This document shows, one piece after another, positions 1-11,121 of a DNA stretch of 64,000 nt (its first letter is position 1; each line of letters begins with the position of its first letter). Made by a program: the position numbers and the translations under genes. The notes under the pieces are model-generated. The model made no database searches. It was not told the origin of the DNA and was given only the letters and a program-made list of their open reading frames with translations. Location: the NCBI GenBank assembly GCA_965219385.1, contig CBDCNM010000002.1, forward strand, positions 406,639 to 470,638. Reading direction: 5' to 3'. This DNA comes from Candidatus Latescibacterota bacterium (lineage in GTDB: Bacteria > Latescibacterota > UBA2968 > UBA8231).

Positions 1-711
1 GAAATGGTGGACACCGCCGCGGAACACGGCACCGCCTTGCTGACCGCCTCCACCTGGGAATTCTCCGAGAGCGTGGGCGAACTGAGCGCCAAGGCCGCGG
101 ACCTGCCGGACATCAAGGGCTACGTGGCGCACAACTCCATGAGCGATTATTACTCCCATGGCCTCCACGGGGTCTGGTACATCCACGCGGTTCTGAGCGA
201 CGAGATCAAGAAGGGGCGGGCGCGGCTTACGGGCGCCTCGTACCTCACCCCGAACTGGCGCACCCCCAACGGGCTCGTGGTCTACGAACACGAAGGCCCC
301 AAGGGCCGCTACCACGGCGCCCTGCACCTGGTCTCCGGAGCCGACGGCAATGCCTACATGCGCATCTTCGGGGACCACAACGGCGATGCCGAAGGCCGCA
401 TCCCCTCGCGCCCCGGACACTTCATGTACAATACCTGGAACGCGGCGCAACTGGCCATCCAGGAGATGTTCGAGACCGGCCAGTCCCCACAGACTGGGGA
501 AGACCTGATGGAAAAGCTGACCATGTTTCTGCTGCCCTTCTACTCGGTCCTGGAGCGCAACGGCAACTTGGCGCGGCCCGAGGAGCTGGGCGACTGGGAA
601 GTACCGCGCCCGTCCGAACCCTTGATGCACGACGGTCAGCCCACCGACAGCGCCTTCAATTTCCCCTATTCCGACGCCGAGATGGAGGAAGTAGAAAAAA
701 AACTGGGTTAA
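1..711 (+). CDS. Probable Gfo/Idh/MocA-family oxidoreductase, C-terminal part (5' end outside window)
   Basis: Frame open from base 1; 'EMVDTAAEHGTALLTASTWEF' and 'YYSHGLHGV' resemble the central segment of Gfo/Idh/MocA proteins. Confidence 0.45.
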   Translation, partial: EMVDTAAEHGTALLTASTWEFSESVGELSAKAADLPDIKGYVAHNSMSDYYSHGLHGVWYIHAVLSDEIKKGRARLTGASYLTPNWRTPNGLVVYEHEGPKGRYHGALHLVSGADGNAYMRIFGDHNGDAEGRIPSRPGHFMYNTWNAAQLAIQEMFETGQSPQTGEDLMEKLTMFLLPFYSVLERNGNLARPEELGDWEVPRPSEPLMHDGQPTDSAFNFPYSDAEMEEVEKKLG

Positions 712-724
712 AGCGGGCTGCGGC

Positions 725-1777
725 CTAGGCCTTCGGCGGCATGCGCCGTTCCTGCCGGACCCTGAACACCTGGTGACACACGAAGAGCGCCAGGATGAAA
801 ATCGCCAGGGCGACCGCCTGGTGCAGGGAGGCCAGCGCCGCGGGCACGTGCAGCGCGACCGCGGCGACGCCCAGCACCACCTGGAGCAGGAGCAGATGCA
901 GGATGCCGAGGACGCCGAGGCGCAGGGGTGGCAGGGCCGGTTCCCGGCGGAGTTGCACTGCCAGGGCCAGGGCCATTCCCAGGACGACAAACCCGAACCA
1001 GCGGTGCTGAAAGTGCACCATAGCGGGGTTTTCGAGCAGATTCGCGATCCAGGGTTGCATCCTCCACAACCCTTCCGGGACCCACTGCCCGAACATTTTG
1101 GGGAAGGTATCGGAGATGTAGCCGGCCTTGAGACCGGCGACCAGAGCGCCGGCGGCGATCTGGACACAAACCGCCAGCAAAAGAGCGACGGACAACCCTT
1201 TGAAGAGCGGCGATACACGGCCTTGCCCGGCGGCCGGCAGGGCAAGGCCGTACTCGAAGCCGTACCACAGGCACGCGGCCAGCAGGACCAGGGCACAGAG
1301 CAGGTGAAGCGTCAGCCGGTAGTGGCTCACGTGCGGCTGGTCCACCAGGCCGCTCTGGACCATGAACCACCCTACCAGCCCTTGCAGGGCAAAGAGGAAC
1401 CCGATACCCAGAAAAGCAGGCAGGCGGGACCGCGGTATGGCGCCCCGTGCGAGGAAGGCCAGCAACGGGATCACAAAGGCCAGGCCGGTCGCGCGTCCCA
1501 GGATGCGGTGGGTATACTCCCTGTAGTAAATGGTCTTGAAGTCCTCGAGGGACATGCCCCGGTTGATTTTTTTGTACTCCGGGGTCTGCTGGTAGCGGTG
1601 AAAGGTTTCGTCCCAGGCGTCCCCACTCATGGGTGGGACCACGCCCGTCACCACATGCCATTCGACCATGGAGAGCCCCGAACGGGTCAGACGCACCCAC
1701 CCTCCGTAGACCACCATGATCGCGATCAGACAACTCACGGCAAAAAGCCACAGGGCCACAGCTTTGTTGTGCTTCAT
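725..1777 (-). CDS. ctaA: Heme A synthase (COX15/CtaA family)
   Basis: GGWVRLTRSGLSMVEW, EYTHRILGR, VSHYRLTLHL, HFQHR and LHQ motifs; many TM helices; start taken at MKHNK (1777). Confidence 0.9.
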   Translation of the reverse strand: MKHNKAVALWLFAVSCLIAIMVVYGGWVRLTRSGLSMVEWHVVTGVVPPMSGDAWDETFHRYQQTPEYKKINRGMSLEDFKTIYYREYTHRILGRATGLAFVIPLLAFLARGAIPRSRLPAFLGIGFLFALQGLVGWFMVQSGLVDQPHVSHYRLTLHLLCALVLLAACLWYGFEYGLALPAAGQGRVSPLFKGLSVALLLAVCVQIAAGALVAGLKAGYISDTFPKMFGQWVPEGLWRMQPWIANLLENPAMVHFQHRWFGFVVLGMALALAVQLRREPALPPLRLGVLGILHLLLLQVVLGVAAVALHVPAALASLHQAVALAIFILALFVCHQVFRVRQERRMPPKA

Positions 1778-1792
1778 TGCGAGAAAAATGGG

Positions 1793-1828
1793 TGGCGGGT
1801 GACAATTGGATGGCGGGTGACAATTGGA
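1793..1828. repeat. 18-bp tandem duplication TGGCGGGTGACAATTGGA x2
   Basis: Read directly at 1793-1810 and 1811-1828 in the divergent ctaA/cysteine synthase intergenic region. Confidence 0.9.
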
Positions 1829-1968
1829 TGGCCCGAGAATATACGATAAACCCACCAGTAACGCACGCGCACACCAACCGCACCGCTTGGCAGGATGCGG
1901 GGGGATTGAGCATATTCAGTACTGATTATTCATTAAAATTGCAAGAGCGCAAAACAATACACCGCCCT

Positions 1969-2925
1969 ATGGAGAATATCCTCCCCTCCGCAATCGAAGC
2001 CATCGGCAACACCCCGCTGGTGGAGTTGTCCCGCCTGGCCCGCGGATACCAGGGCCGAATCCTGGCCAAACTGGAGCACCTCAACCCGGGGTTTTCCAAG
2101 AAGGATCGCATCGCCCGCCAGGTCATCGCCGACGCCGAAGCTGCCGGCGCGCTGGGGCCGGGACAAACCGTCGTCGAACTCACCAGCGGCAATACCGGGA
2201 CCGGGCTGGCCATCGTGTGCGGCATCAAGGGATACCCTTTCGTGGCGGTGATGTCCACAGGCAACTCCATGGAAAGGGCGCGCATGATGCGGGCCCTGGG
2301 CGCGGAGGTCGTCCTAGTGGATCAATTGCCCACTTCGGTTCCAGGCCAGGTCTCCGGAGGCGACCTGGAAGCGGTCGAGCAGACCGCGCAAAGAATCGTC
2401 GAGCAGCGCCGGGCCTTTCGCGCCGACCAGTTCCGCCTGCGGGGCAACTCCCGGGCGCACTACCTGCACACCGGCCCCGAAATCATCCGCCAGACCGGGG
2501 GCGTCCTCCACGCCTTTGTCGACTTTGTCGGCTCCGGAGGTTCCTTCGCCGGCTGCGCCGCCGCCTTCAAGGAACGCGACCCGCGCATCCAGTGTTTCAT
2601 CGCCGAGCCGGAAGGGGCAGCCGTGCTCGCCGGCCGGACCGCCACCTACCCCAACCACCGCATCCAGGGCGGCGGCTACAGCATGGCGGATCTGTCCCTG
2701 CTCAATCCGGCCCACATCGACGGGTACGTGCAGGTCGCCGACGAGGAGGCGATCCAGCTGGCGCGCCAGCTGGCCGCGGAGGAAGGAATCTTCGCCGGAT
2801 TCTCCGCCGGAGCCAACGTGGCCGCGGCCGTGAAGTTGCTGGCTGAGACGTGGCGCGGCAAGACCGTAGTGGTGCTGATTTGCGATTCGGGCTTGAAGTA
2901 CCTGAGCACCGATTTGTGGGAGTAG
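1969..2925 (+). CDS. PLP-dependent cysteine synthase family protein
   Basis: IGNTPLVEL, KLEHLNPGFSKKDR, TSGNTG, GSGGS, CDSGLKYLST motifs. Confidence 0.9.
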   Translation: MENILPSAIEAIGNTPLVELSRLARGYQGRILAKLEHLNPGFSKKDRIARQVIADAEAAGALGPGQTVVELTSGNTGTGLAIVCGIKGYPFVAVMSTGNSMERARMMRALGAEVVLVDQLPTSVPGQVSGGDLEAVEQTAQRIVEQRRAFRADQFRLRGNSRAHYLHTGPEIIRQTGGVLHAFVDFVGSGGSFAGCAAAFKERDPRIQCFIAEPEGAAVLAGRTATYPNHRIQGGGYSMADLSLLNPAHIDGYVQVADEEAIQLARQLAAEEGIFAGFSAGANVAAAVKLLAETWRGKTVVVLICDSGLKYLSTDLWE

Positions 2926-2928
2926 AAC

Positions 2929-4797
2929 ATGAGAGGAGCCAGCAACCATGACAACCGAATGGGCGCACTGTTCGCCCTGCTCGCGCTGGTGCTCGGGGCG
3001 GCGGGTACCAGCGCCGACCAGGTCTACAAAGGCCACGCCCTGACCCTGTACGGAGAGCCCAGGTACGGCCCCGACTTCGCCCACTTCGACTACGTCAATC
3101 CCGCTGCCCCCAATGGCGGCCGGCTCCGCCTGGCCGCCATTGGCACCTTCGACAACCTGAACCCCTTCATCCTCAAAGGCGTGGCCGCGGCCGGTACCCT
3201 CTTGCTCTACAACCGCCTGTGCACCAAGTCGCAGGATGAGTCCTTCACCGAGTACGGACAGCTGGCCCGTCGCATGGAAATGCCCGCGGACCGCTCCTGG
3301 GTCGCGTTCGAGCTGCGCCCGGAGGCGCGCTGGCACGATGGCCGGCCAATAACCGCCGCGGACGTGGTCTTCAGCTTCGAGATCCTGCTCGAAAAGGGGT
3401 TGCCGTTCTACCGCAGCTTCTACGCCGACGTCGAGGCGGTCGAGGCCCTGGACCCGCACCGGGTGATCTTCCGTTTCAAGCAAGGCACCAACCGCGAGCT
3501 GCCGCTGATCATAGGCCAGCTGCGGGTGCTGCCCAAACACTACTGGGAGCAACGCGACTTCGGGGAGACGACCCTGGAACCGCCGCCGGGCAGCGGCCCC
3601 TACCGCATCGCGGCCCTTGAACCGGGCCGTTCGATTGAGTACGAGCGGGTCGTGGATTACTGGGGGCGGGATCTGCCGGTGCACAAAGGGCGTCACAACT
3701 TCGACCGCATCCGCTACGAATACTACCGCGACGCCACCGTGGCCTTGGAAGCCTTCAAGGCCGGGGAATTCGACTTCCGCTACGTGGGCAATTCCAAGGA
3801 ATGGGCCACTGCCTATGAGGGATTCGCGCCCGTGGAAGAGGGACTCGTCGTCAAAGAGATGATCCCGCACCAGCTGATCCGCGGCATGGAGGGATTCTGC
3901 TTCAACACCCGGCAACCCAAATTCCAGGACCCGAGGGTGCGGCAGGCCCTGGCCTACGGCTTCGACTTCGAGTGGAGCAACGCCAACCTGTTCTACGGGC
4001 TCTTCACCCGTAGCGCGAGCTACTGGGGCAACTCCGAACTGAGATCGGCGGGTTTGCCCGCCGGCCAGGAACTGGAGATCCTGGAGACCTACCGGGGAAG
4101 GATTCCCGCAGAAGTATTCACCCAGGAGTACGAAGCGCCCACCACGGATGGCTCGGGCCGGATCCGCCCCAACCTGCGCCGCGCCCAAAAGCTGCTGCGG
4201 GAAGCAGGCTGGCAGGTGGTGGACGGCCGGCTGATCCACGCCGAGACGGGCGCGGTCATGCGCCTCGAGTTTTTGCTCTCTACACCGACCTTCGAGCGCG
4301 TCCTGGGCCCCTTTGTACAGAACCTAAAACGCCTGGGCATCGAGGCGGCGATCCGCACCGTGGATCCGGCCCAGTACCAGAACCGGGTCCAGGACTTCGA
4401 CTACGACGTGGTGGTGGCCCACTGGCGCCAGACCTTGAGTCCGGGCAACGAGCAGCGCAACTTCTGGTCCAGCACGGCGGCCCGGACCCGGGGCAGCCGC
4501 AACTACGCCGGGATCGCCGACCCGGTGGTCGACGAGTTGATCGAGCGCCAGATCGCCGCGCCGGACCGCCCGACCCAGGTGGCCGTGACGCGCGCGCTGG
4601 ACCGGGTCCTTCTCTGGGGCCACTACGTGATTCCAGGCTGGCACAGCCGCACCCACCGGCTGGTCTACTGGAACAAGTTCGGCCGGCCGCCAGACCCGCC
4701 CCCAAACGGCCTGGGCTTCCCCGATACCTGGTGGTGGGACGCGGAGAAAGCTGGGCGCTTGAAGAAGGAAGAACCCGCACTTCCCGAAATACCGTAA
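2929..4797 (+). CDS. yejA: ABC peptide-binding protein, YejA-like (copy 1)
   Basis: Signal peptide, YGPDFAHFDYVNPAAPNGG, GTFDNLNPFILKG, ARWHDGRPITAADV, SPGNEQR motifs. Confidence 0.85.
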   Translation: MRGASNHDNRMGALFALLALVLGAAGTSADQVYKGHALTLYGEPRYGPDFAHFDYVNPAAPNGGRLRLAAIGTFDNLNPFILKGVAAAGTLLLYNRLCTKSQDESFTEYGQLARRMEMPADRSWVAFELRPEARWHDGRPITAADVVFSFEILLEKGLPFYRSFYADVEAVEALDPHRVIFRFKQGTNRELPLIIGQLRVLPKHYWEQRDFGETTLEPPPGSGPYRIAALEPGRSIEYERVVDYWGRDLPVHKGRHNFDRIRYEYYRDATVALEAFKAGEFDFRYVGNSKEWATAYEGFAPVEEGLVVKEMIPHQLIRGMEGFCFNTRQPKFQDPRVRQALAYGFDFEWSNANLFYGLFTRSASYWGNSELRSAGLPAGQELEILETYRGRIPAEVFTQEYEAPTTDGSGRIRPNLRRAQKLLREAGWQVVDGRLIHAETGAVMRLEFLLSTPTFERVLGPFVQNLKRLGIEAAIRTVDPAQYQNRVQDFDYDVVVAHWRQTLSPGNEQRNFWSSTAARTRGSRNYAGIADPVVDELIERQIAAPDRPTQVAVTRALDRVLLWGHYVIPGWHSRTHRLVYWNKFGRPPDPPPNGLGFPDTWWWDAEKAGRLKKEEPALPEIP

Positions 4798-4891
4798 CTA
4801 TATGCTTGAATTCGACGGGTTGTAAGTCTGGCGTTGGGTCGGCGCAGCTTGGGCGAGCCCGGTCCGTCAGGCGGGCGTCCTATGAATAGGT

Positions 4892-4920
4892 TTGACATAC
4901 TCTACTCCCTCCAGTATGTT
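4892..4920 (+). promoter_or_regulatory. Candidate sigma70 promoter for the second yejA and downstream ABC genes
   Basis: TTGACA (4892-4897), 17-bp spacer, TATGTT (4915-4920), 40 bp before the ATG at 4960. Confidence 0.55.
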
Positions 4921-4959
4921 CGCGGAGCACGGCAATCCAGAAAAAAAGAAAGGAACACC

Positions 4960-6783
4960 ATGCAGATGATTCTCACCCTTCTCCTCACAGCCGGCCTGAC
5001 CACCCCGCTGACCGCCGCAAACTACACCGGCCACGGCATGTCCCTGTACGGGCAGCCCAAGTACGGCCCGGACTTCACCCACTTCGAATACACCCGCCCC
5101 GACGCGCCCAAAGGCGGGGAAATCCGCCTGGGCCGGGAAGGCACCTTCGACAGCCTCAACCCCTTTATCCTCAAGGGCATCAGCCCCCCGTGGCAGAGCA
5201 GTCTGCTCTACGACACCCTGCTCGAACACGCCGAAGACGAAGTGTTTTCCGAGTACGGCCTGCTGGCCGCAAGCATCGAGGTGCCCGAGAACCACTCCTG
5301 GGTGAAATTCAAGCTGCGCCCGGAAGCGCGCTGGCACGACGGCCAGCCCATAACCCCCGAGGACGTGATCTTCAGCCTGGAGACCTTCAAGACCAAAGGC
5401 CATCCCCGCATGCGCAGCTACTTCGCCTCGATCGAAAAGGCGGAAAAGCTCGGCCAGCACCAGGTAAAGTTCACCTTCAGCGGCGAGGTCAACAAAGAGC
5501 TGCCGCTGATTGCCGGACAGTTTTCCGTGATCCCCAAACACTACTGGGAAGGACGCGATTTCGAGCAGACCACCCTGGAGCCGCCGCCGGGCAGCGGGCC
5601 CTACCGGATCGCGGCCCTGGAGCCGGGACGCTTCATCACCTACGAGCGGGTCGCAGACTACTGGGGCCGCGACCTGCCGGTCAACCAGGGACGCTACAAC
5701 TTCGACCGCATCCACTTCGACTTCTACCGCGACGCCACCGTGCTGGTGGAGGCCCTCAAGGCCGGCGAACTCGACTTCCGCCAGGAAAACATCTCCAAAA
5801 ACTGGGCCACGGCCTACAATATACCGGCCGTGGCCCAGGGTCGGCTGGTCAAGGAGCTGATCCCCCACCAGCGCCCCACCGGCATGCAGGCCTTCTGGTT
5901 CAATACCCGGCGTTCAAAGTTCGCCGATCCGAGGGTGCGCCAGGCCCTGGCCTACGCCTTCGACTTCGAGTGGACCAACGCCAACCTGTTCTACGGCCAG
6001 TACACCCGCACCAGGAGCTTTTTCTCCAACTCCGAACTGGCTTCTTCGGGCCGGCCCGAAGGGCGGGAGCTGGAGATCCTGGAAGGGTATCGCGGACGGG
6101 TGCCCGAAGAGGTCTTCACCCGGGTCTACGAGCCCCCCGGCACCGACGGTTCGGGCCGGATCCGCCAGAACCTGCGCACCGCCAAAAAGCTGCTGGACGA
6201 AGCCGGCTGGAAGATCGTCGATACCCAGCTGAAGCACCAGGGGACCGGCGCGGTGATGGAGATCGAATTCCTCCTGAGTTCGGCCTCGTTCGAGCGCGTC
6301 GTCGCGCCCATGATCGGCAACCTGGAGCGCCTGGGGATCGCGGCGACCAGCCGCACCGTCGACCGGGCCCAGTACCAGAACCGGATCCAGGAATTCGACT
6401 ACGACGTGGTGGTGGGCTCCCAGGGCCAGAGCCAGAGCCCCGGCAATGAACAGCGCAGCTACTGGAACAGCGCAGCGGCCGACCAGCCGGGCAGCCGCAA
6501 CCGGGCCGGCATAAAGGACCCGGTGGTGGACGGACTGATCGACCGGGTAATCCAGGCCCCGAGCCGGGCCGAACTGGTGGCGGCGACCCGGGCCCTGGAC
6601 CGGGTGCTGCTTTGGGGCCACTACGTGATCCCGCACTGGCATTTCAACGCCTTCCGCACCCTGCGCTGGAACAGGTTCGGCAAGCCGGAAAAGTCGGCGC
6701 CCTTCGCCGGAAACTTTTTGCTGACCTGGTGGTACGACGCCGACAAGGCGGCCCGGCTGCAACAGGGCGAACAGGGCGAGTAG
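4960..6783 (+). CDS. yejA: ABC peptide-binding protein, YejA-like (copy 2)
   Basis: Paralog of 2929..4797 with the same motifs; AAGGA RBS before ATG 4960. Confidence 0.85.
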   Translation: MQMILTLLLTAGLTTPLTAANYTGHGMSLYGQPKYGPDFTHFEYTRPDAPKGGEIRLGREGTFDSLNPFILKGISPPWQSSLLYDTLLEHAEDEVFSEYGLLAASIEVPENHSWVKFKLRPEARWHDGQPITPEDVIFSLETFKTKGHPRMRSYFASIEKAEKLGQHQVKFTFSGEVNKELPLIAGQFSVIPKHYWEGRDFEQTTLEPPPGSGPYRIAALEPGRFITYERVADYWGRDLPVNQGRYNFDRIHFDFYRDATVLVEALKAGELDFRQENISKNWATAYNIPAVAQGRLVKELIPHQRPTGMQAFWFNTRRSKFADPRVRQALAYAFDFEWTNANLFYGQYTRTRSFFSNSELASSGRPEGRELEILEGYRGRVPEEVFTRVYEPPGTDGSGRIRQNLRTAKKLLDEAGWKIVDTQLKHQGTGAVMEIEFLLSSASFERVVAPMIGNLERLGIAATSRTVDRAQYQNRIQEFDYDVVVGSQGQSQSPGNEQRSYWNSAAADQPGSRNRAGIKDPVVDGLIDRVIQAPSRAELVAATRALDRVLLWGHYVIPHWHFNAFRTLRWNRFGKPEKSAPFAGNFLLTWWYDADKAARLQQGEQGE

Positions 6784-6789
6784 ATCGTC

Positions 6790-7884
6790 ATGCCCGCCTA
6801 TATCATCCGCCGCTTGCTGCTGCTGGTGCCAACCCTCTTCGGCATCATGGTGGTCAACTTCATCATCGTGCAGGCGGCGCCCGGCGGACCGGTGGAGCAG
6901 GCCATCGCCACCCTCCAGGGCCTCGACATCGACGCCACCCAGCGGGTGAGCGGAGTCGGTATGCAGGAGACCCTGGATATGAGCGGCGGTGAGATCAACA
7001 GCAAGTACCGCGGCACCCAGGGGCTGGACCCGGCCCTCATCCAAGAGCTGGAACGGATGTACGGCTTTGACAAGCCGGCCCACACGCGCTTCCTGCAGAT
7101 GATCGGGCAGTACCTGCGCTTCGACTTCGGCGAGAGCTTCTACCGAGACCGCAAGGTCGTGGACCTGGTGATCGAAAAGATGCCGGTGTCGATCTCGCTG
7201 GGGCTGTGGACCACCCTGCTGGTCTACTGCATCTCCATCCCGCTGGGCATCGCCAAGGCAGTGCGCGACGGCTCGCGTTTCGACATCTGGACCTCGGGCG
7301 TGGTCATCGTCGGCTACGCCGTCCCCAGCTTCCTCTTCGCCATATTGCTGATCGTGCTCTTTGCCGGGGGCCACTACCTGGACTGGTTCCCGCTGCGCGG
7401 CCTGACCTCGTCCAACTGGGAAGAGCTGGGCCCCTTCGGCAAAATCCTCGACTACTTCTGGCACCTGACCTTGCCGGTCACGGCCATGGTGATCGGCGGT
7501 TTCGCCGGACTCACCCTGCTCACCAAGAACTCCTTCCTCGACGAAATCAACAAACACTACGTGACCACGGCGCGGGCCAAGGGCCTGAGCGAAGGGCGGG
7601 TCCTCTACGGCCACGTCTTCCGCAATGCCATGCTGATCGTCATCGCCGGTTTCCCCGGCGCCTTTGTGGATATCTTCTTCACCGGGGCGCTGCTCACCGA
7701 GATCATCTTCTCGCTCGACGGGCTGGGGCTTCTGGGCTACGAGGCGGCCATCCACCGCGACTACCCGGTGATGTTCGCCACCCTCTTCTTCTTCACCCTG
7801 CTGGGGCTGTGCATGCAGCTGGTCGGGGATCTTACCTACACCCTGGTGGACCGGCGCATCGACTTCGAGAGCCGGGAGGTCTGA
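6790..7884 (+). CDS. yejB: ABC permease YejB
   Basis: [33 protein letters not shown] (EAA loop), RDYPVMF. Confidence 0.9.
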   Translation: MPAYIIRRLLLLVPTLFGIMVVNFIIVQAAPGGPVEQAIATLQGLDIDATQRVSGVGMQETLDMSGGEINSKYRGTQGLDPALIQELERMYGFDKPAHTRFLQMIGQYLRFDFGESFYRDRKVVDLVIEKMPVSISLGLWTTLLVYCISIPLGIAKAVRDGSRFDIWTSGVVIVGYAVPSFLFAILLIVLFAGGHYLDWFPLRGLTSSNWEELGPFGKILDYFWHLTLPVTAMVIGGFAGLTLLTKNSFLDEINKHYVTTARAKGLSEGRVLYGHVFRNAMLIVIAGFPGAFVDIFFTGALLTEIIFSLDGLGLLGYEAAIHRDYPVMFATLFFFTLLGLCMQLVGDLTYTLVDRRIDFESREV

Positions 7885-7885
7885 G

Positions 7886-8986
7886 ATGGGCCCAACCGTC
7901 AAAGAGCAACCCGCCAGCCCACCGCCGCCGGCCGCGCGCCTGTGGGGCCGGCGCCTCTCCCGCCTCAACCAGCGCCGCCTGGAAAACTTTCGCCGCAACC
8001 GCCGCGGCTACTGGAGCAACTGGATCTTCTGGATCCTCTTCGTCCTGAGCCTGCCCGCCGAGTTCATCGCCAACGACCGGCCCCTGATGGTGAACCACGA
8101 CGGCCAGCTCTACTTCCCGGTGCTTTTCACCTACCCGGAGACGGTTTTCGGCGGCGACTTCGAGACCGAGGCCGAGTACCGCGACCCCTTCGTCAAAGAG
8201 TTGATCCAGGAAAAGGGCTGGATGATCTGGCCCCCCATCCCCTACAGCTATGACACCGTCAACTACGACCTGAAACACCCGGCCCCGGCCCCGCCCAGCG
8301 CCGACAACTGGCTGGGCACCGACGACCAGGCCCGCGACGTGAGCGCGCGTCTGCTCTACGGCTTCCGCCTCTCGGTGCTCTTCGGCTTGCTCCTGACCCT
8401 GTTCAGCTCGGTGGTCGGGGTGGCCGCCGGCGCGGTGCAGGGCTACTTCGGCGGCTGGGTGGACCTGATCTTCCAGCGCTTCATCGAAATCTGGCAGGGG
8501 CTGCCCATCCTCTACCTGCTGATCATCCTGGCCAGCGTGGTGGAGCCGGGCTTCTGGTGGCTCCTGGGGCTTTTGCTGCTCTTCCGCTGGATGGGCCTGG
8601 TCGGCGTGGTGCGGGCCGAGTTCCTGCGCACCCGCAACCTCGACTTCGTCAAGGCGGCGCGCACCCTGGGGATGAGCGATTGGCGCATCATGGGACGCCA
8701 CGTGTTGCCCAACGCCATGGTCTCGACCCTGACCTTCCTGCCCTTCATCCTGACCGGATCGGTGACGGTGCTGACCTCGCTGGACTTTCTCGGCTTCGGG
8801 CTGCCGCCCGGATCCCCTTCCCTGGGCGAACTACTCAACCAGGGCAAGCGCAACCTGCAGGCGCCCTGGCTCGGCTTCACCGCCTTTTTCGTCCTGGCGA
8901 CCATGCTTTCGCTCCTGGTCTTCACCGGCGAGGCCGTGCGCGATGCCTTTGACCCGCGCAAGACCTACGCCCTGGGGGCCCCATGA
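7886..8986 (+). CDS. yejE: ABC permease YejE
   Basis: FRRNRRGYWS, WLGTDDQARDV, LGFGLPPGSPSLGELL. Confidence 0.9.
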   Translation: MGPTVKEQPASPPPPAARLWGRRLSRLNQRRLENFRRNRRGYWSNWIFWILFVLSLPAEFIANDRPLMVNHDGQLYFPVLFTYPETVFGGDFETEAEYRDPFVKELIQEKGWMIWPPIPYSYDTVNYDLKHPAPAPPSADNWLGTDDQARDVSARLLYGFRLSVLFGLLLTLFSSVVGVAAGAVQGYFGGWVDLIFQRFIEIWQGLPILYLLIILASVVEPGFWWLLGLLLLFRWMGLVGVVRAEFLRTRNLDFVKAARTLGMSDWRIMGRHVLPNAMVSTLTFLPFILTGSVTVLTSLDFLGFGLPPGSPSLGELLNQGKRNLQAPWLGFTAFFVLATMLSLLVFTGEAVRDAFDPRKTYALGAP

Positions 8987-10593
8987 GTCTGCTCGAGATC
9001 TGCAACCTGGGGGTGCGCTTCCACCTCGAAGACCGCCAGGTCGAGGCCGTCAAACAGGCTTCCCTGAAGGTCGAACAGGGCGAGACCGTGGCCTTGGTGG
9101 GCGAGTCGGGCTCGGGCAAGTCGGTGACGGCGCTGTCGGTACTGCAGCTGCTGCCCTATCCGCGCGCCAGCCATCCGCACGGCAGCATCCGCTTTGCCGG
9201 CGAGGAATTGCTGGGCGCCCCCACGGAACGGCTGCGGGCCCTGCGCGGGGGGCGCATCGCCATGATCTTCCAGGAGCCGATGACCTCGCTCAACCCGCTC
9301 CACACCCTCGAGAGGCAGATCAGCGAGACCCTGATCCTGCACCGGGGGCTAAGCCGGGAAGCGGCCCGGGAGCGGGCTCTGGAGCTGTTGCGCCTGGTGG
9401 GCCTGCCCGACGTGGAAGCGCGGCTCGACGCCTGGCCGCATCAACTCTCGGGCGGCCAGCGCCAGCGGGTGATGATCGCCATGGCCCTGGCCAACGAGCC
9501 CGACCTGCTGATCGCCGACGAGCCGACCACGGCCCTAGACGTGACCATCCAGGCGCAGATTCTCGAGCTGCTCAAGGAGCTGCAGAGTCGTTTCGGCATG
9601 GCCATCCTGCTGATCACCCACGATCTGGACATCGTGCGCCACCTGGCCGAACGGGTCTACGTGATGACCGAGGGCGAGCTGGTGGAGAACGGGCGCACCG
9701 GGGAAATCTTCAAAGCGCCCCAACACCCCTACACCTGCAAACTCCTGTCCGCCGCACCCCGGGGCGCACCCGCCGCACCCGCCGAGGATGCACCGATCAC
9801 CATGGAGGCGGACAATCTCAGGGTGTGGTTCCCGATCAAACGCGGGGTATTGCGCCGCACCGTGGGGCACGTCAAGGCCGTGGACGGCATCTCCCTAAAG
9901 GTGCGGGCCGGGCAGACCGTGGGAGTAGTGGGCGAGTCGGGCTCGGGCAAGACCACCCTGGGACAGGCCCTGCTGCGGCTGTTATCCGGCCAGGGGCCCA
10001 TCCACTTCGAGGGACGCTCCATCCACGACTTGCGCCAGCGCCAGATCCGCCCCCTGCGGCGCCAGATGCAGATCGTCTTCCAGGACCCCTTCTCCTCGCT
10101 GAGCCCGCGGCTATCGGCCTTCCAGATCATCGAGGAGGGGCTGCTGGTCCACGCGGTCGGCGCCGGCTACGCGCAACGGCGGCAGCAGGTGGCCGAGGCC
10201 ATGTTCGAGGTGGGGCTGGACCCGGCGACTATGGACCGCTTCCCGCACGAGTTTTCGGGGGGCCAGCGCCAGCGCATCGCCATTGCCCGCGCCATGGTGC
10301 TCAAACCCAGCTTCGTGGTGCTGGACGAACCCACCAGCGCCCTCGACAAGACCGTGCAGGCGCAGATCATCGAGCTGCTGCGCCTGCTGCAGGCGCGCCA
10401 CGGCCTGGCCTATTTGTTCATCAGCCACGACCTGCAGGTGGTGCGCGCCCTGGCCGGCGAGTTGATCGTTTTAAAGGACGGCCAGGTCGTGGAGCAGGGA
10501 CCGGTGCAGCAGATTTTCACCCAGCCCAAAGCCGCTTACACCCGCGCCCTGATCGCCGCCGCATTCGCGGTGGAATCGCTTTCCGAAGGATGA
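8983..10593 (+). CDS. yejF: ABC ATP-binding protein with two NBDs, YejF
   Basis: Two GESGSGKS/T Walker [17 protein letters not shown] signatures, DEPT Walker B. Confidence 0.9.
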   Translation: MSLLEICNLGVRFHLEDRQVEAVKQASLKVEQGETVALVGESGSGKSVTALSVLQLLPYPRASHPHGSIRFAGEELLGAPTERLRALRGGRIAMIFQEPMTSLNPLHTLERQISETLILHRGLSREAARERALELLRLVGLPDVEARLDAWPHQLSGGQRQRVMIAMALANEPDLLIADEPTTALDVTIQAQILELLKELQSRFGMAILLITHDLDIVRHLAERVYVMTEGELVENGRTGEIFKAPQHPYTCKLLSAAPRGAPAAPAEDAPITMEADNLRVWFPIKRGVLRRTVGHVKAVDGISLKVRAGQTVGVVGESGSGKTTLGQALLRLLSGQGPIHFEGRSIHDLRQRQIRPLRRQMQIVFQDPFSSLSPRLSAFQIIEEGLLVHAVGAGYAQRRQQVAEAMFEVGLDPATMDRFPHEFSGGQRQRIAIARAMVLKPSFVVLDEPTSALDKTVQAQIIELLRLLQARHGLAYLFISHDLQVVRALAGELIVLKDGQVVEQGPVQQIFTQPKAAYTRALIAAAFAVESLSEG

Positions 10594-10597
10594 ACCC

Positions 10598-11011
10598 ATG
10601 ACCGAAGACTCCGCTGCTCACATGGCCATGGGCGGCAACACCGGGGTCCAGACCTCCACCGTGACCGTGCGCAGCCTGGCCACCGGCCAGCTGCAGGCGG
10701 GAGAGATCCGGCCGGCGGTGTTCCGGGAGTTGCGGATTGCCCTGAGTATGGGCACGTTTCTCGGGGCGCTGGTCTTCGGGGTGGCCTACCTGTGGACGGG
10801 GGACCTCCTGGTGGGAGGGTGTGTGGGCCTGGCCATGCTGGCCGCGGTGGTGCTCTCGGCCGCTCTGGGAGCGCTGATTCCCCTGCTCTTCCGCATCCTG
10901 GGCATGGATCCGGCCGTGGCTTCGGGACCCCTGATCACCACCTTGAACGATGTCCTGTCCCTGATCATCTACTTCAGTACGGCCGTTTTCCTCCTGAGCC
11001 GGTGGGGGTAG
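10598..11011 (+). pseudogene. mgtE: MgtE magnesium transporter, C-terminal transmembrane part only
   Basis: MGGNTGVQTST and DPAVASGPLITTLND motifs; N-terminal/CBS domains and first helices absent. Confidence 0.65.
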
Positions 11012-11121
11012 GAGTCCATCTGCTCTACCCTGGTAGGTTGCGTTCTGTACCTGAGTACTGTATCTTCGAGAACAGGCGTGTTTCCGTACTTCAACCCGGA
11101 CGACACAAGGGCACCGAACAA

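Noticed and set aside
1777..1968. N-terminal extensions of ctaA and cysteine synthase in the ORF track
   Set aside because: They run through the intergenic tandem repeat; family homology begins at 1777 (-) and 1969 (+)
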